A DNA stretch of 64,000 nucleotides, taken from the NCBI GenBank assembly GCA_030603365.1, contig JAUVXV010000003.1:1-64000 (forward strand). Reading direction: 5' to 3'. A program made the position numbers and the translations under genes. Positions 32,062-43,261 of this stretch are shown here, in pieces. The notes under the pieces are model-generated. The model was not told the DNA's origin, searched no databases, and worked only from the letters and a program-made list of their open reading frames with translations. Source of the stretch: Candidatus Heimdallarchaeota archaeon (GTDB taxonomy: Archaea; Asgardarchaeota; Heimdallarchaeia; Heimdallarchaeales; Heimdallarchaeaceae). The number at the start of each line of letters is the position of its first letter. Position 1 is the stretch's first letter.

Positions 32062-33177
32062 CTAATTTACTCTTTCACCTGTTCTATCAAACACATAGAT
32101 ACTTTCCGCATAAATTATAATTTGAATAGATGTTTTTCTTTCAAATTCTTTCATAGTTTTAGTAACAAAAACAAGTTTCTCATCATGGTAATTAAGTGTT
32201 AAAATCTGCTGCTCAAGTACTTTCTCAACATCCTCAATTAGACATTTTAGTATCACCATATTTTTTTCGACAGGTCTATCAGGATCAAATTCTCGTATGA
32301 ACTCAGCTCTAAATCCTATGTCTCCTTCCTTCAAATCATTAGTAACAATAATTTTCTCTATCTGTTTAGGTAACTTGATTTTTGGATCTGCATTTAATGC
32401 AATCGTATTATCTATATTTTGAAAAGATAGAAAATTCATAGGGTAATTTCCAATGAATTCAGCTACGAATCTCTCTTTCGGATTATAATATAACTCTTCT
32501 GGAGTAGCTTTCTGAACTATTTTCCCTTGATTCAGCAAAACAATTGTGTCACCTAAAGCCATGGCCTCTGATTGATCATGAGTAACATAAATCATGGTTC
32601 TATTTAATAGCTCATGAAGTTTTCTTATCCATGTTCGCATTTCGTATCTTAATCTTGCATCAATATTACTCAAAGGTTCATCAAATAAGAATATAACAGG
32701 ATCTCTAATGAGTTCTCGTCCTATTGCAACTCTTTGTTGTTCACCACCTGAAAGCTGTGATGGATACTTATCTCTGTGCTCTTCAATTTGAAGCGTTTTT
32801 AGAGTTTTATCGACTTTGATTTGTATCTCTTCATCACTATAAATTCTCCTTTTGAATATTTGACCTTCTTTCTGACTCTCTAATGGAAATTTGAGATTTT
32901 CATAAACTGTCATGTGTGGAAAGAGAGGATAGTTTTGAAACACCATTGCTACATTTCTTTTATTTGCTGGTTTTTGAGTTATATTATTTTCTCCAAAAAA
33001 TAATTCTCCCTCAGTAGGATAAAGTAATCCTGCCAATATGCGTAACAATGTGGTTTTTCCACTACCAGAAGGCCCCAAGATTACAATGAAGTTACCCTCT
33101 GGAATTTCTAAATTTACATCTTTCAGAGCTACTTTTTCTCCGTATTTTTTAGTCAAATTTTTTATTGATACTTTCAT
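32062..33177 (-). CDS. Sugar ABC transporter ATP-binding subunit (MalK-like)
   Basis: GPSGSGKT, VFQNYPLFPHM, LSGGEQQRVA, DEPLSN, YVTHDQ. Confidence 0.93.
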   Translation of the reverse strand: MKVSIKNLTKKYGEKVALKDVNLEIPEGNFIVILGPSGSGKTTLLRILAGLLYPTEGELFFGENNITQKPANKRNVAMVFQNYPLFPHMTVYENLKFPLESQKEGQIFKRRIYSDEEIQIKVDKTLKTLQIEEHRDKYPSQLSGGEQQRVAIGRELIRDPVIFLFDEPLSNIDARLRYEMRTWIRKLHELLNRTMIYVTHDQSEAMALGDTIVLLNQGKIVQKATPEELYYNPKERFVAEFIGNYPMNFLSFQNIDNTIALNADPKIKLPKQIEKIIVTNDLKEGDIGFRAEFIREFDPDRPVEKNMVILKCLIEDVEKVLEQQILTLNYHDEKLVFVTKTMKEFERKTSIQIIIYAESIYVFDRTGERVN

Positions 33178-36100
33178 TTAAATCTCCCTATAACTAGTTG
33201 AATTATTAAAACCACTTAAAACATAATTTCCAATAAAAGCAAAAAGGTTAAGCAAAATAATTGTTACAAGGATTGATGCAGCTGCGAACAATCCCCACTC
33301 TGGAGAACTGGATTCTATCGATCCCACAAATGTATATAATCTAATTGGTAGAGTATATTTGCTTGGAGACTGTAAGAGGACAAAAGCTAACAAAAAACCA
33401 TTCCAGGTTTTCATGAAATTTAATAGAAATGTTATTGCAATTGCAGGACCTGCTAAAGGCAAAATAATTTTTCTTAATACTCTAAATGTTGAATTTCCCA
33501 TTAAAGATGCAGATTCATCTAATTCTTTAGGAATCGAATCCATGTATCCTTTAATTATCCACAGAGCTAGAGGAATTGTGTGCGTACTATAAGCTAGAAT
33601 TACTCCAAAATAAGAATCTATTAACCCTAAATTATACATTATCAAGTAGAAGGGTATAAGTGTTAAAATTCCGGTAAACATCTTGAGAGTAAAAACTCCA
33701 ACCATCAACTCTTTTTTTCCAGTGAAAGAGTATCTAGAAAATGCATATGCGGCAAGAACCGTTAATACTACACATACGGTAGCTGATCCTAACGAGATGA
33801 ATAGTGAGTTAATAAAATTTAGATGAATATGCTCTTGAGTGAATAACAAAATAAAGTTCTCAAAAGTTGGATTCTCAGGAAAGAAAGATGTAGGCACTAC
33901 ACTATCTCCTTTAGAAAAAGCAATCCAAAATATATTCCATAGAGGTAAAAGAGCTACAAGTAAAATAGCTAATAGAAATGTTGTGTAGAAACGAGGTTTC
34001 GAAATGAATTCTACTGTTTTTTGTATTCTCATAGACTTGGATGTCGTGCCATTCAAATAGAGTTTTGATGATCCCAAGAGATAAATTAGTGAGAGCAAAC
34101 TATGGATTACTATCCATCCAATCGAGAACTCGGAAAAAATCAATCCAACCCAGAGTAAAGGTTGCACTAATATTGCTAATTTAAATACTATTTTTGAGAA
34201 CAAACTACCTATCAAAATACATGTGTACATGCCGAAAATTAACCACGTTAGCCATATATTGACATTTATTGTAAATGCTGAAAGAAAGATGAAGACTGTT
34301 TGAATAGTTATAATTCCATGGAGTGGTGATAACTGTATAATGTTACTATCAATTTGAAATGCAATTTCCTTAATCTTCTTAGGTATTTTTGAGAAGAAAC
34401 TTTTGAATTGTTCTAGGATGTTTGGTTGTAATGCTGATTGCCTTGACACTTTGATTTCAGTTAACATATAGAATTGTGCAACAATAACAAAAATATTCCA
34501 ATTAAATGCATACCACATTTGGTAAAAGAAAAATTGTGATAGAGATAATAATAAATCAAGTAATAATGTGTATTTGACTACCTTTAACATTTGATAAGGG
34601 AATTTGAAACTCAGAATACCAATTATTAGATATATTCCCGCTAAAATGAAACTGAGATACGGATTCCAGTGAATTCCAAAATATCTAAATCCTGTAGTTC
34701 CAGCAATAAGATAACCAGTAGCTTGAAGGAAGAGTAGGATGATGATTGTAATACGACTTTTTGGTACTTTCTTTTTCTTTTCAGGTCTAAATGAACTTTG
34801 AGTACCCTTAGATATTTTCAACCATATTAATACAAAGAAGAGTGTTAAAAGACTCATTATTGTAGAATAGGCTGCTGCTATCCCAATATCCCTTCTTTGG
34901 TAAAACATGTAGAAAGTGAAAGTACTGAAAAGATCCGTAGCTCCAATAACACCAATCTCACTCGTACCATAAGATAATAACGGATATCCTTTTGTTAATA
35001 GAAAAGCAACATTGAAACTGCCAAATGTCTTGATAATCTCAAGGATTATTGCAGGTAGTATAATCGGTTTTATCAAAGGCACAATTACTTTTCTTATTTT
35101 TGTTCTCTCTCCAATCTGGTCAATATCCGCCATATCATTCATTTCTTTTGGAATGCTACTTAAACCCCCTAAGAAAAGGGTTGTAATCAAGGGTATTGAA
35201 TCCCATACTTCTACAAAGCAAGCAATGAATAACGTTGCATAGGGCTGTGTTAACATGTTAACATTCGTTCCAAAAATCAAGTTGAAAATAGAAACTCCTC
35301 CACTCCCATGAATAAATGATCGCCACGATAGAATTTTGATATAAGAAGGAATGGTCCATGGAACATATAAAAAGAAATACCATAATTTCTTTCTTTTAAC
35401 CTTATATTGAATTATGTATGCTAAAATGAACCCCAACACAATTTTCGCGACAATTATTAGCGTACTCCAAACTAAGGTTGTTGTAAAAGTTATTGGGAGT
35501 TGAGGGTTTTCTGCAATGTGGGCATAATTCTCAAAACCACTCAATACAGGACTTTCTCCCCTTTGAAGATTATAATCTGTAAACGATAAAAATACTCCAT
35601 AAATAATTGGATAAATCTCTAAAAGCACTAAAGCAAGTAATGCAGGAAAAATGAAAACATAAGCAATTCTGTTGAAAGGAACATCTTTCTTAGCGATGAA
35701 ACTGAAAACTACTATGAATAGTATAACTATTACTAATATTGACAAGGACGTTGCTAATTTGGAATATTCTAATCTATCCTCATAGCTTTGTAAGGTCTCT
35801 ATTTGTTCAGATTCCCAAAAAAATTCTTCAGATTCAGTTGTAATTAGATAATCTCCATTATCTATTCCAAATGATGCATTTACCATATAGAGAGATATTG
35901 AATAAGTATTAACAGGTTTAAGTCCTGTAATTTTGGCTTGGATAGTTTCAGCATCAGTATCCACCAGATATACTGTGAAGTTAGTTGTGTAAATTTTCTG
36001 TGATAAAAAAACATCGTTGTTGCTGGAATAATTAACTTGAGAGAAATACTCAAGCGAAGTGCTTTGAGTTTCATTGAGAACAACCATTGACCATGTAAAG

Positions 36101-36345
36101 CTCTGATTTAAACTATGATTATAATACTCGATTCTAAACCCGTTGTAGATGTAGGAATCTGGGAGTGTCCAATTGACTATTACATATCTCTCACCTATCT
36201 CTGTTAAAACTGCTTCATCTGTTTGAGCACTCACATATTTACCTGCAAAAAATAACAATGAGATTAGCAAAATACCACATATAGCTAGGACCGCAAGAAG
36301 ATTTTTTCTTGGGTTTTTATTCTCATTGCTATTTATCTTAATCAT
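33178..36345 (-). CDS. Fused MalF+MalG-type ABC permease with N-terminal extracellular domain
   Basis: Two EAA-loop permease units (SIPKEMNDMADID; SIPKELDESASLMG) and an N-terminal FN3-like beta region. Likely start ATG36345, overlapping the stop of the binding-protein gene. Confidence 0.85.
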   Translation of the reverse strand: MIKINSNENKNPRKNLLAVLAICGILLISLLFFAGKYVSAQTDEAVLTEIGERYVIVNWTLPDSYIYNGFRIEYYNHSLNQSFTWSMVVLNETQSTSLEYFSQVNYSSNNDVFLSQKIYTTNFTVYLVDTDAETIQAKITGLKPVNTYSISLYMVNASFGIDNGDYLITTESEEFFWESEQIETLQSYEDRLEYSKLATSLSILVIVILFIVVFSFIAKKDVPFNRIAYVFIFPALLALVLLEIYPIIYGVFLSFTDYNLQRGESPVLSGFENYAHIAENPQLPITFTTTLVWSTLIIVAKIVLGFILAYIIQYKVKRKKLWYFFLYVPWTIPSYIKILSWRSFIHGSGGVSIFNLIFGTNVNMLTQPYATLFIACFVEVWDSIPLITTLFLGGLSSIPKEMNDMADIDQIGERTKIRKVIVPLIKPIILPAIILEIIKTFGSFNVAFLLTKGYPLLSYGTSEIGVIGATDLFSTFTFYMFYQRRDIGIAAAYSTIMSLLTLFFVLIWLKISKGTQSSFRPEKKKKVPKSRITIIILLFLQATGYLIAGTTGFRYFGIHWNPYLSFILAGIYLIIGILSFKFPYQMLKVVKYTLLLDLLLSLSQFFFYQMWYAFNWNIFVIVAQFYMLTEIKVSRQSALQPNILEQFKSFFSKIPKKIKEIAFQIDSNIIQLSPLHGIITIQTVFIFLSAFTINVNIWLTWLIFGMYTCILIGSLFSKIVFKLAILVQPLLWVGLIFSEFSIGWIVIHSLLSLIYLLGSSKLYLNGTTSKSMRIQKTVEFISKPRFYTTFLLAILLVALLPLWNIFWIAFSKGDSVVPTSFFPENPTFENFILLFTQEHIHLNFINSLFISLGSATVCVVLTVLAAYAFSRYSFTGKKELMVGVFTLKMFTGILTLIPFYLIMYNLGLIDSYFGVILAYSTHTIPLALWIIKGYMDSIPKELDESASLMGNSTFRVLRKIILPLAGPAIAITFLLNFMKTWNGFLLAFVLLQSPSKYTLPIRLYTFVGSIESSSPEWGLFAAASILVTIILLNLFAFIGNYVLSGFNNSTSYREI

Positions 36346-37585
36346 CCTGATTTGCCTCAATATTATGCTGCGTATCATCTAAAATAGTCTGTGAATCTTG
36401 ATGATCCAAGAGAATGAAATTCAGAGCTGCTCTCATAAACTCTGAATATATATTGTATATTGGATCTAAAGGGTGATATTGACTGAATTCAATTTGTTTG
36501 ATTTGCTTGAGGATTAAAGGCTCATTCTGAACTAATGGTGAATTTTTTAGTTCGATTAGTGTTGGTACTTTATACTCCTCAGTCAACAAGTTTTTCTGAA
36601 CAGTTTCAGATGTTAAAAAACTGATAATATCATAACATGTGTCTGAGTATTGTGTGTCTTTTGACATTCCCCAACCTTTAATTTCAACCATCGGTGTAAT
36701 CCTTTGATTTGTGGAGGAAATTATAGGTAAAATTTCTATTCCATAATTCATATCAAATTCATTTAAGGCAGGTATATACCAACCACCATAGATGATCATA
36801 GCAGCCTTATCTGTAATAAAAGCTTGTGTAGCCGAACTACTACTATCATCATAGCTAACGCATCTTTGCGTATATTTAAGGTCATAAATAAAGTCCACTG
36901 CATTAACAGATGAAGAATCATTTACTATAATGGAACCATCTTGATACAATGAGCCATGACCGAAACCATATTGAAAAGCTGGCCACATGTAGGGAGAAAT
37001 TGTAGCCCATGCGAGACCATATATCTGATTTACTGATCTATCTGTAAGATTAACAGCTGCTTCTAGAAATTCCACATCTGTCCAATTTTCTTGCGGATAA
37101 GATTGACCATTGCTATCAAATAAGTCTTTATTATAGAACATAAATATTGAATCAAACCAAAGAGGTAAACCCCACAGTTCATTCTTGTAGCTCAAGCCAT
37201 TAATTGCTGCAGGGAGGAATTTTGCTTCCTCAATTGGAGAGAGATAATTGGTTAATGACTGAGTGTAATTTAGCTCTGCAAGTTCTCCAAACCAAGAACC
37301 TTTAGCAAGAAAAATATCAGGAGCATTACCAGTTTGTGCAACACTTAAGAATTTGTCTAACCATCCGGATGATGGTTGTTCAATGAAATTTATACTAACA
37401 GAAGGATTCAGTGCTTCATATTCAGCTATAGCTTCCTCAATTACAGCTCCACCTTCATAAGTGTACCACAAGTCAATCTCTATTTCATTTTCTTTTCGGT
37501 AATTAAAACTGAAGAACGCAATCGGAATTAATAGTCCAAGTATTAGAACAGAAGTAAGGATTATTTTCAAATATTTAGAAACCAT
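36338..37585 (-). CDS. Sugar ABC transporter substrate-binding protein
   Basis: N-terminal anchor; APDIF, GLPLWFD, FYNKDLF, AAMIIYGGW (family 1 SBP). Confidence 0.9.
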   Translation of the reverse strand: MVSKYLKIILTSVLILGLLIPIAFFSFNYRKENEIEIDLWYTYEGGAVIEEAIAEYEALNPSVSINFIEQPSSGWLDKFLSVAQTGNAPDIFLAKGSWFGELAELNYTQSLTNYLSPIEEAKFLPAAINGLSYKNELWGLPLWFDSIFMFYNKDLFDSNGQSYPQENWTDVEFLEAAVNLTDRSVNQIYGLAWATISPYMWPAFQYGFGHGSLYQDGSIIVNDSSSVNAVDFIYDLKYTQRCVSYDDSSSSATQAFITDKAAMIIYGGWYIPALNEFDMNYGIEILPIISSTNQRITPMVEIKGWGMSKDTQYSDTCYDIISFLTSETVQKNLLTEEYKVPTLIELKNSPLVQNEPLILKQIKQIEFSQYHPLDPIYNIYSEFMRAALNFILLDHQDSQTILDDTQHNIEANQDD

Positions 37586-37720
37586 TTCTTATATCACATC
37601 TGTTATAGAAATTCTTCTGTTTAACGATAAAAGAAGAAGCTTTTATTCAATGTTTTGCATAATACATGATTTGATACAGTAATATTGTTACTTAATAAGG
37701 TTTAAAACTCATTTACTGGA

Positions 37721-38734
37721 ATGTCATTCATGAACTTAAAGACCAAAATAGCGGTTGGTGTCTTCTCAGCTTTTGTTCTTTCTGGAATTGGTTTAGGTGT
37801 GTATTTTGGAGCCTTTTATATACAAAATATCGATACTGAACCAGAAGAAGTTGTTCTTACATTATATGGAAATACCTCCACTAAGAATTATACTTTAACG
37901 GAATTGAAGAGCTTCCCAAACGTTACTGGTTACGCTGGATACAGGAAATCCACTGGAACTCTTGTTGGTCCTAACTTGTTCAAAGGTATATTATTACAGG
38001 AACTAATTGATGAGGTCGGAGGAATTTCAGCTGGTGAGGAACTAGAAATAATTGCAGGAGATGAATACAAAGTAACTTTCACTGAAGAAATGATTGATGG
38101 ACAATTTCCAGCATATGATAATGTAACAGGTGATTACCTTGGTATCAGAAGCTTCAGAGTCCTTTTAGCATATGAGATGGATGGACAGAAACTTGTTTCA
38201 TCAGATGGAGTCTTAAGGGTAGTCTGTTTAGCAGAAGATGGAGCGGGGTATCTATCTGATGGGTCTCCTTGGGTGAAAGATGTACAGCGTCTCAAAATTA
38301 TTCCGTCTGCTTCATGGATTGTTTACTTATATGGTACCATTAATGATAGCATCGATAAAGCAACATTCGAAGCCTATATGCACATGAATGATGAGGCAAA
38401 TCTACTAGTATATCAACTACTGGAAATAGATAGAACAAATACTTACGAAGGTCTAGCTTTGTGGAGAATTATAGGAATATTCGATGATGACGATCCTAAT
38501 TCGTTTAACGAAACTAAGGCTTTAACAGGATATACAATAATTCTGAAAAATGAACTCAATGAAAGCATAACATTTGATTCAACAGAAATTTCTATGAATA
38601 ATAGTTTCATTCTTGCTTCGAAGAAAAATGCCGTATTTCTAAGCGGAGATCAAGCACCTCTAATTTTAGTTGGTCCTGGTGTATCTGAACTACAAATGAT
38701 TAGCAGAATATACGAAATTGAGTTAGATTTCTAA
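37721..38734 (+). CDS. Membrane-anchored protein with two molybdopterin-oxidoreductase-like domains
   Basis: FKGILLQELI..AGDEY..LAYEMDG..LRVV..WVKDV pattern, repeated degenerately in the second half. Confidence 0.6.
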   Translation: MSFMNLKTKIAVGVFSAFVLSGIGLGVYFGAFYIQNIDTEPEEVVLTLYGNTSTKNYTLTELKSFPNVTGYAGYRKSTGTLVGPNLFKGILLQELIDEVGGISAGEELEIIAGDEYKVTFTEEMIDGQFPAYDNVTGDYLGIRSFRVLLAYEMDGQKLVSSDGVLRVVCLAEDGAGYLSDGSPWVKDVQRLKIIPSASWIVYLYGTINDSIDKATFEAYMHMNDEANLLVYQLLEIDRTNTYEGLALWRIIGIFDDDDPNSFNETKALTGYTIILKNELNESITFDSTEISMNNSFILASKKNAVFLSGDQAPLILVGPGVSELQMISRIYEIELDF

Positions 38735-38955
38735 ATTTTCCTTCTTTACAATATTATTTATTTTGTTTACTTTGATATGAAATGGGATAAAACCTAATTG
38801 ATGAGTATCATGAATTTGTGACAGTGGGAAATTACTCTAATTCTTAGGTATAATAAACTTAATAATTTGATAAGAAAAAAATTGCAACAAGCCTATTTAG
38901 TAAGATATCTACAATTAAATATGGCTCTTTAAATAACAAAAACTAATAACTACTA

Positions 38956-40893
38956 TTGAGTGGGAAAAGAATGACTGAGAACTTCTCTAATGGCATAACT
39001 GGAGAATTTTATGACCAAGTTATGGATAAATATAGTAAGAAAAGCCATTTAAAATGGGTTTTTAGTCATGTACTTGCTCACAAAGGTATGATAGCTATAT
39101 TTTTCCTATTTGCAACAACAAGTGCAGGAATTGGTGCTATTTCTCCCTTAATACTAGGTAATCTGATTACTGAAATCCTACAACCTTCTGGAACTTGGGA
39201 AAGAATTACCTATCTAGCATTCATTCTGCTTATCTTGACAATTGTGAGTGGTTTTGCTAGCTTTGCTTCGGGTTTGATAATTGAAGTAACTTCTCAACGT
39301 GTTGAGAGAGATATAAGAAACGAATATTACGCTTCAATGCTTTCAAAGTCTATGACTTTTCATGATGAAGTTAAAGCAGGAGATGTAATGGCTCGAGCAA
39401 CATTTGATACAAGAATGGTAAATTTCTTTGTAAATCCTGTTATACATCTGGCTTATTCCGCGACTTTTGGGGTAATGTTTGCAATTGGGGCAATGTTCTT
39501 TATCACTCCTTACTGGAATAGTCTTCCTGTTCTAATCATTATACCTGTTATTATCGCAGTTCCAATATTCTTCTTCGCAAGAAGATATTACAAATCTGTA
39601 GGACCAATATCAATGCAAATTCAACAATCCTATTCGAATCTTTCTGCGTATCTTCAAGAGAAATTATTGGGTATTAGTGTAATCAAAATTTTTGCCAGAG
39701 AACCATTTGAAAGAGTATCTTTTAGAGAAAAGAATGATCAACTATCAGATGAGATAATTACTAGAGGAAAACTACGATCAAAGTATTATCCTGTTTTACT
39801 TGTAGGATTAGGCGTAGGTCTATCTATTCTATGGGGAAGTTTGTTAATTAGCTGGGGTATCGGTAATCCTGTTACTCAGGTTCTATGGAGTTTTGGTACT
39901 CTTAATGTAGGTGGCGTAGCTGTAGCTGGTTTTGGAATAGGAGAACTAATCACTTATTCATTGTTAGCTGGTAATCTTTTCTTTCCAGTATGGGTTATGT
40001 CTTGGATGCTTGTCCTAATACAAATGGGATTTGCAGGAGCAGATAGAATTGTTGAAATTCTTACCAAAGAGACTATCATTCCTTTACCCGAAGAACCTAT
40101 TATTTTAGATAATGTGAAAGGAGACATTGGTTTCCATGATGTTACGTTTTCATATGAAAATGATGTGAAAGTTGTAAAGAACATTTCATTCAGAGTACCA
40201 GCAGGAAATAGAGTAGCTGTAGTTGGACCTGCAGGTTGTGGAAAAACGACCATAATGAAACTTCTGACAAGGCTTTATGATGTTGATTCAGGAAGCATTC
40301 AAATTGATGGAGTGGATATAAAGAAATTATCCTTAGATACGATTAGAGGAAATATAGGTGTAATTGAACAAGATATTGTTTTGTTCTCTGCTACAATTAA
40401 GGAAAACATCTCTTATGGTAAACCTGATGCTACTGATGAGGAAATCTTTGAAGCAGCTCGAATGGCTCAAGCTGAAGAATTTATACAGAAATTCGATAAA
40501 GGTTATGACACAATTGTTGGTGAAAGAGGTACTACATTAAGTGGGGGACAGAAGCAAAGAGTAGCAATAGCAAGAATGTTACTGGCCAATCCTAAAATAC
40601 TAGTGTTTGACGACGCAAGTTCAGCTGTGGATTCAGAAACAGAAGACAAAATTAACACTGCTATCAACAGAGTACTGAAAGACCGAACTAGTTTTATTAT
40701 TACTCATCGACTTTCAACTATTAGACATTCAGATATTATAATTGTACTTAAGCAGGGGGAGATACAAGCAATAGGTACTCATGATGAACTCCTCAAAGAA
40801 TCAGTTGATTATTGGCGAGTATTTGCACGATTTTCTGAAATTAGGAAAATGATGCCTGAACAAATGTTGACAGAGTTGTATCCTGGAGAGTGA
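38956..40893 (+). CDS. ABC exporter half (TMD+NBD), degenerate Walker B
   Basis: GPAGCGKT, LSGGQKQ, VFDDASS. Confidence 0.92.
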   Translation: MSGKRMTENFSNGITGEFYDQVMDKYSKKSHLKWVFSHVLAHKGMIAIFFLFATTSAGIGAISPLILGNLITEILQPSGTWERITYLAFILLILTIVSGFASFASGLIIEVTSQRVERDIRNEYYASMLSKSMTFHDEVKAGDVMARATFDTRMVNFFVNPVIHLAYSATFGVMFAIGAMFFITPYWNSLPVLIIIPVIIAVPIFFFARRYYKSVGPISMQIQQSYSNLSAYLQEKLLGISVIKIFAREPFERVSFREKNDQLSDEIITRGKLRSKYYPVLLVGLGVGLSILWGSLLISWGIGNPVTQVLWSFGTLNVGGVAVAGFGIGELITYSLLAGNLFFPVWVMSWMLVLIQMGFAGADRIVEILTKETIIPLPEEPIILDNVKGDIGFHDVTFSYENDVKVVKNISFRVPAGNRVAVVGPAGCGKTTIMKLLTRLYDVDSGSIQIDGVDIKKLSLDTIRGNIGVIEQDIVLFSATIKENISYGKPDATDEEIFEAARMAQAEEFIQKFDKGYDTIVGERGTTLSGGQKQRVAIARMLLANPKILVFDDASSAVDSETEDKINTAINRVLKDRTSFIITHRLSTIRHSDIIIVLKQGEIQAIGTHDELLKESVDYWRVFARFSEIRKMMPEQMLTELYPGE

Positions 40894-40897
40894 TGAT

Positions 40898-42715
40898 ATG
40901 GGTTTTATACAAGAACTACCAGACGAGAAATATGACAGAAAGTATGGTGATATCTATCTCTTCAAACGTTTATTTGGATATATTGCTAAACATGACATGA
41001 AGACCTTCTTTACAGTACTCATGTGGATGATACTCCAAACTTCAGCAACCATCGGTATTCCATTTTTCATAAGGTTCGTTATTGAAGGGGTTCAGAATGG
41101 TAATTTTAATGCAGTATTCTATGTTAAAACAGCTGCCATTATTGTTCTATATGGTTTTTTCTGGTTTGCACAATATAGAGCCTTATACAAAACTTCCATT
41201 TTAACTGGTGAAATGCTTAGAAGAGTCAGAAAAGATAGTTTTGAAACTCTCCTAAGAAATGATATGAAATTCTATGATGAAAACAAGAGTGGTAAATTAG
41301 TAAGTAGAGTGACCAGTGATTCTGATACAATCTCACAGATGGTTCAAATTACTACATCATTTTTGATCAATATTCTTGTTATGATTATAGTCTTGATAAT
41401 TTTATTCATAACTGATGTTCGACTAGCTTTGATCACATTAGCGGTTGTACCAGTACTCTTTGGATTAGGTATTGGTATGAGATTATTCTCCCGAAGAACT
41501 TCGAAGAACTGGAGAAAAACCATTGCCATACTAAATGCTAATGTCTCTGAATCAATATCAGGGATTGAAGTAACTAAAAGCTTCAACCAAGAAAAAGAAG
41601 CTTTTGAAAGATTCAAAGGAATAAACATGAGAAATTACCGAGCTGCATATATTAGAGCTTGGGGAATGAGTATTTTCTTCCCAATTATCGAAACCTTGTT
41701 TGGCGTAGGGACATTTTTAGTACTATATTATGGTGGAAATATAACTTTCACAATAGGAGATATCAGTGTTGCAACTTTGTATTTCTTCATTCTTATGTTG
41801 AATAGGTTCTTCATGCCTTTGTTAGAAGTAACAAGATTCTTTAACCAATTCGAAGCTGGACTAGCAGCTGTAGAAAGGATTTTCAGTTTAATGGACAGTA
41901 AACCATCGGTAGTAGAAGATCCAAATCCTGTAGCAGTAGAAGAGCTCCAAGGTAAGATTGATTTTGATGACATGACATTTTTCTACAATCCTTCAGAACC
42001 ATTGTACAAAGATTTCACAATGTCAATTCCTGCAGGGCAAACAGTAGCAATTGTAGGAAGAACTGGAGCTGGTAAGAGTACTTTGGTTTCACTTCTTACT
42101 CGCTTCTACGATGTTGAGAAAGGATCCATTATTGTTGATGGAACAGATATTCGTAGATATGTTCTTCAAGACTACAGAGATCAAATAGGTGTTGTTCTAC
42201 AAGATAACATACTGTTCAGTGGAAGTATAGAAGAAAATATTCGATATGGTAAGCTTGATGCCACAAAAGAAGAAATCGAAAAAGTTGCAAAAAATGTCTA
42301 TGCTTGGGAGTTTATCCAAAGTCTACCCAAAGGATTAGATACAGAAGTGGGAGAGAAAGGAACCAAACTTTCAGCAGGTCAGAAACAACTTGTAGCCTTT
42401 GCGAGAGCATTGCTTTCTAATCCCAAGATTCTGATTCTAGATGAAGCCACAGCTGCAATTGATGCTTACACAGAATCATTGATACAAGAAGCTCTCAAAG
42501 TATTATTGGAAGGAAGAACTGCAATTATTATTGCCCATCGCTTAACAACAGTTGAGAATGCAGACAGAATAGTAGTTATCGATGATGCTAATATAGTAGA
42601 AGAAGGTAATCACCAGCAACTTATGGATAAAAAAGGAAAGTATTGGCAACTCTATGATATGTATTTTAGACATCAATCTCTAGAATATATAGAACAAGCT
42701 GCAAAATTAGTCTAG
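40898..42715 (+). CDS. ABC exporter half (TMD+NBD), partner subunit
   Basis: GRTGAGKS, LSAGQKQ, LDEATA. Confidence 0.92.
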   Translation: MGFIQELPDEKYDRKYGDIYLFKRLFGYIAKHDMKTFFTVLMWMILQTSATIGIPFFIRFVIEGVQNGNFNAVFYVKTAAIIVLYGFFWFAQYRALYKTSILTGEMLRRVRKDSFETLLRNDMKFYDENKSGKLVSRVTSDSDTISQMVQITTSFLINILVMIIVLIILFITDVRLALITLAVVPVLFGLGIGMRLFSRRTSKNWRKTIAILNANVSESISGIEVTKSFNQEKEAFERFKGINMRNYRAAYIRAWGMSIFFPIIETLFGVGTFLVLYYGGNITFTIGDISVATLYFFILMLNRFFMPLLEVTRFFNQFEAGLAAVERIFSLMDSKPSVVEDPNPVAVEELQGKIDFDDMTFFYNPSEPLYKDFTMSIPAGQTVAIVGRTGAGKSTLVSLLTRFYDVEKGSIIVDGTDIRRYVLQDYRDQIGVVLQDNILFSGSIEENIRYGKLDATKEEIEKVAKNVYAWEFIQSLPKGLDTEVGEKGTKLSAGQKQLVAFARALLSNPKILILDEATAAIDAYTESLIQEALKVLLEGRTAIIIAHRLTTVENADRIVVIDDANIVEEGNHQQLMDKKGKYWQLYDMYFRHQSLEYIEQAAKLV

Positions 42716-43168
42716 ATTATTCAAAATAAGCTCACAAGTTAATTTTTCGCTTAATGTAATTTGTATATTTCTTTGTTCTTTGAGTTTAAAAAATTCTGGA
42801 ATAATCTTCTTGAGAGTTGGAAGATTAAAGGATTCACTCTTTCCACATTTTGAGACAAATTCAATTAATAGATCCCTGTATGGTATGGGGTTTGTATAGA
42901 TGTCTAATAAGAAGCCTATTGATACCATTGTGTCTCGAGGATCTGCTTTTTTATCAATTGGAGGTGTAGAAGTTAAGTATCCTGCTACTTGAAAATTGTT
43001 GAATACTATAGAGGAAAAATCATTTTCCTTACTTCCCATGGGCATGCATTTCAGTGAAAGTTCTATCATTTCATCACTGGATAAAATGCTTTCAGGGTGA
43101 AGAATAATTACTTCTGGTCCTTTTTTTGGAAGGATCGCTGCTAGAAAAACTGCACGCATAAGACACAT
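42707..43168 (-). CDS. uDENN/longin-like domain protein
   Basis: VFLAAILPKKGPEVIILHP...LSLKCMPMG..NDF resembles the uDENN/AVL9 N-terminal pattern. Confidence 0.55.
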   Translation of the reverse strand: MCLMRAVFLAAILPKKGPEVIILHPESILSSDEMIELSLKCMPMGSKENDFSSIVFNNFQVAGYLTSTPPIDKKADPRDTMVSIGFLLDIYTNPIPYRDLLIEFVSKCGKSESFNLPTLKKIIPEFFKLKEQRNIQITLSEKLTCELILNNLD

Positions 43169-43261
43169 AATATTATATCGTTTAAAAACTTTTTAAGCTC
43201 CTATTTTTTCAGATTTTTTCAAAGTTGGTTTAATCTTCTCTGTTAGGATTTTGAAATAAGT

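Noticed and set aside
42931-42940. Additional copy of the actin-operon palindrome (TGTCTCGAGG)
   Set aside because: Only a partial match, inside a coding region and without the A/T arms.
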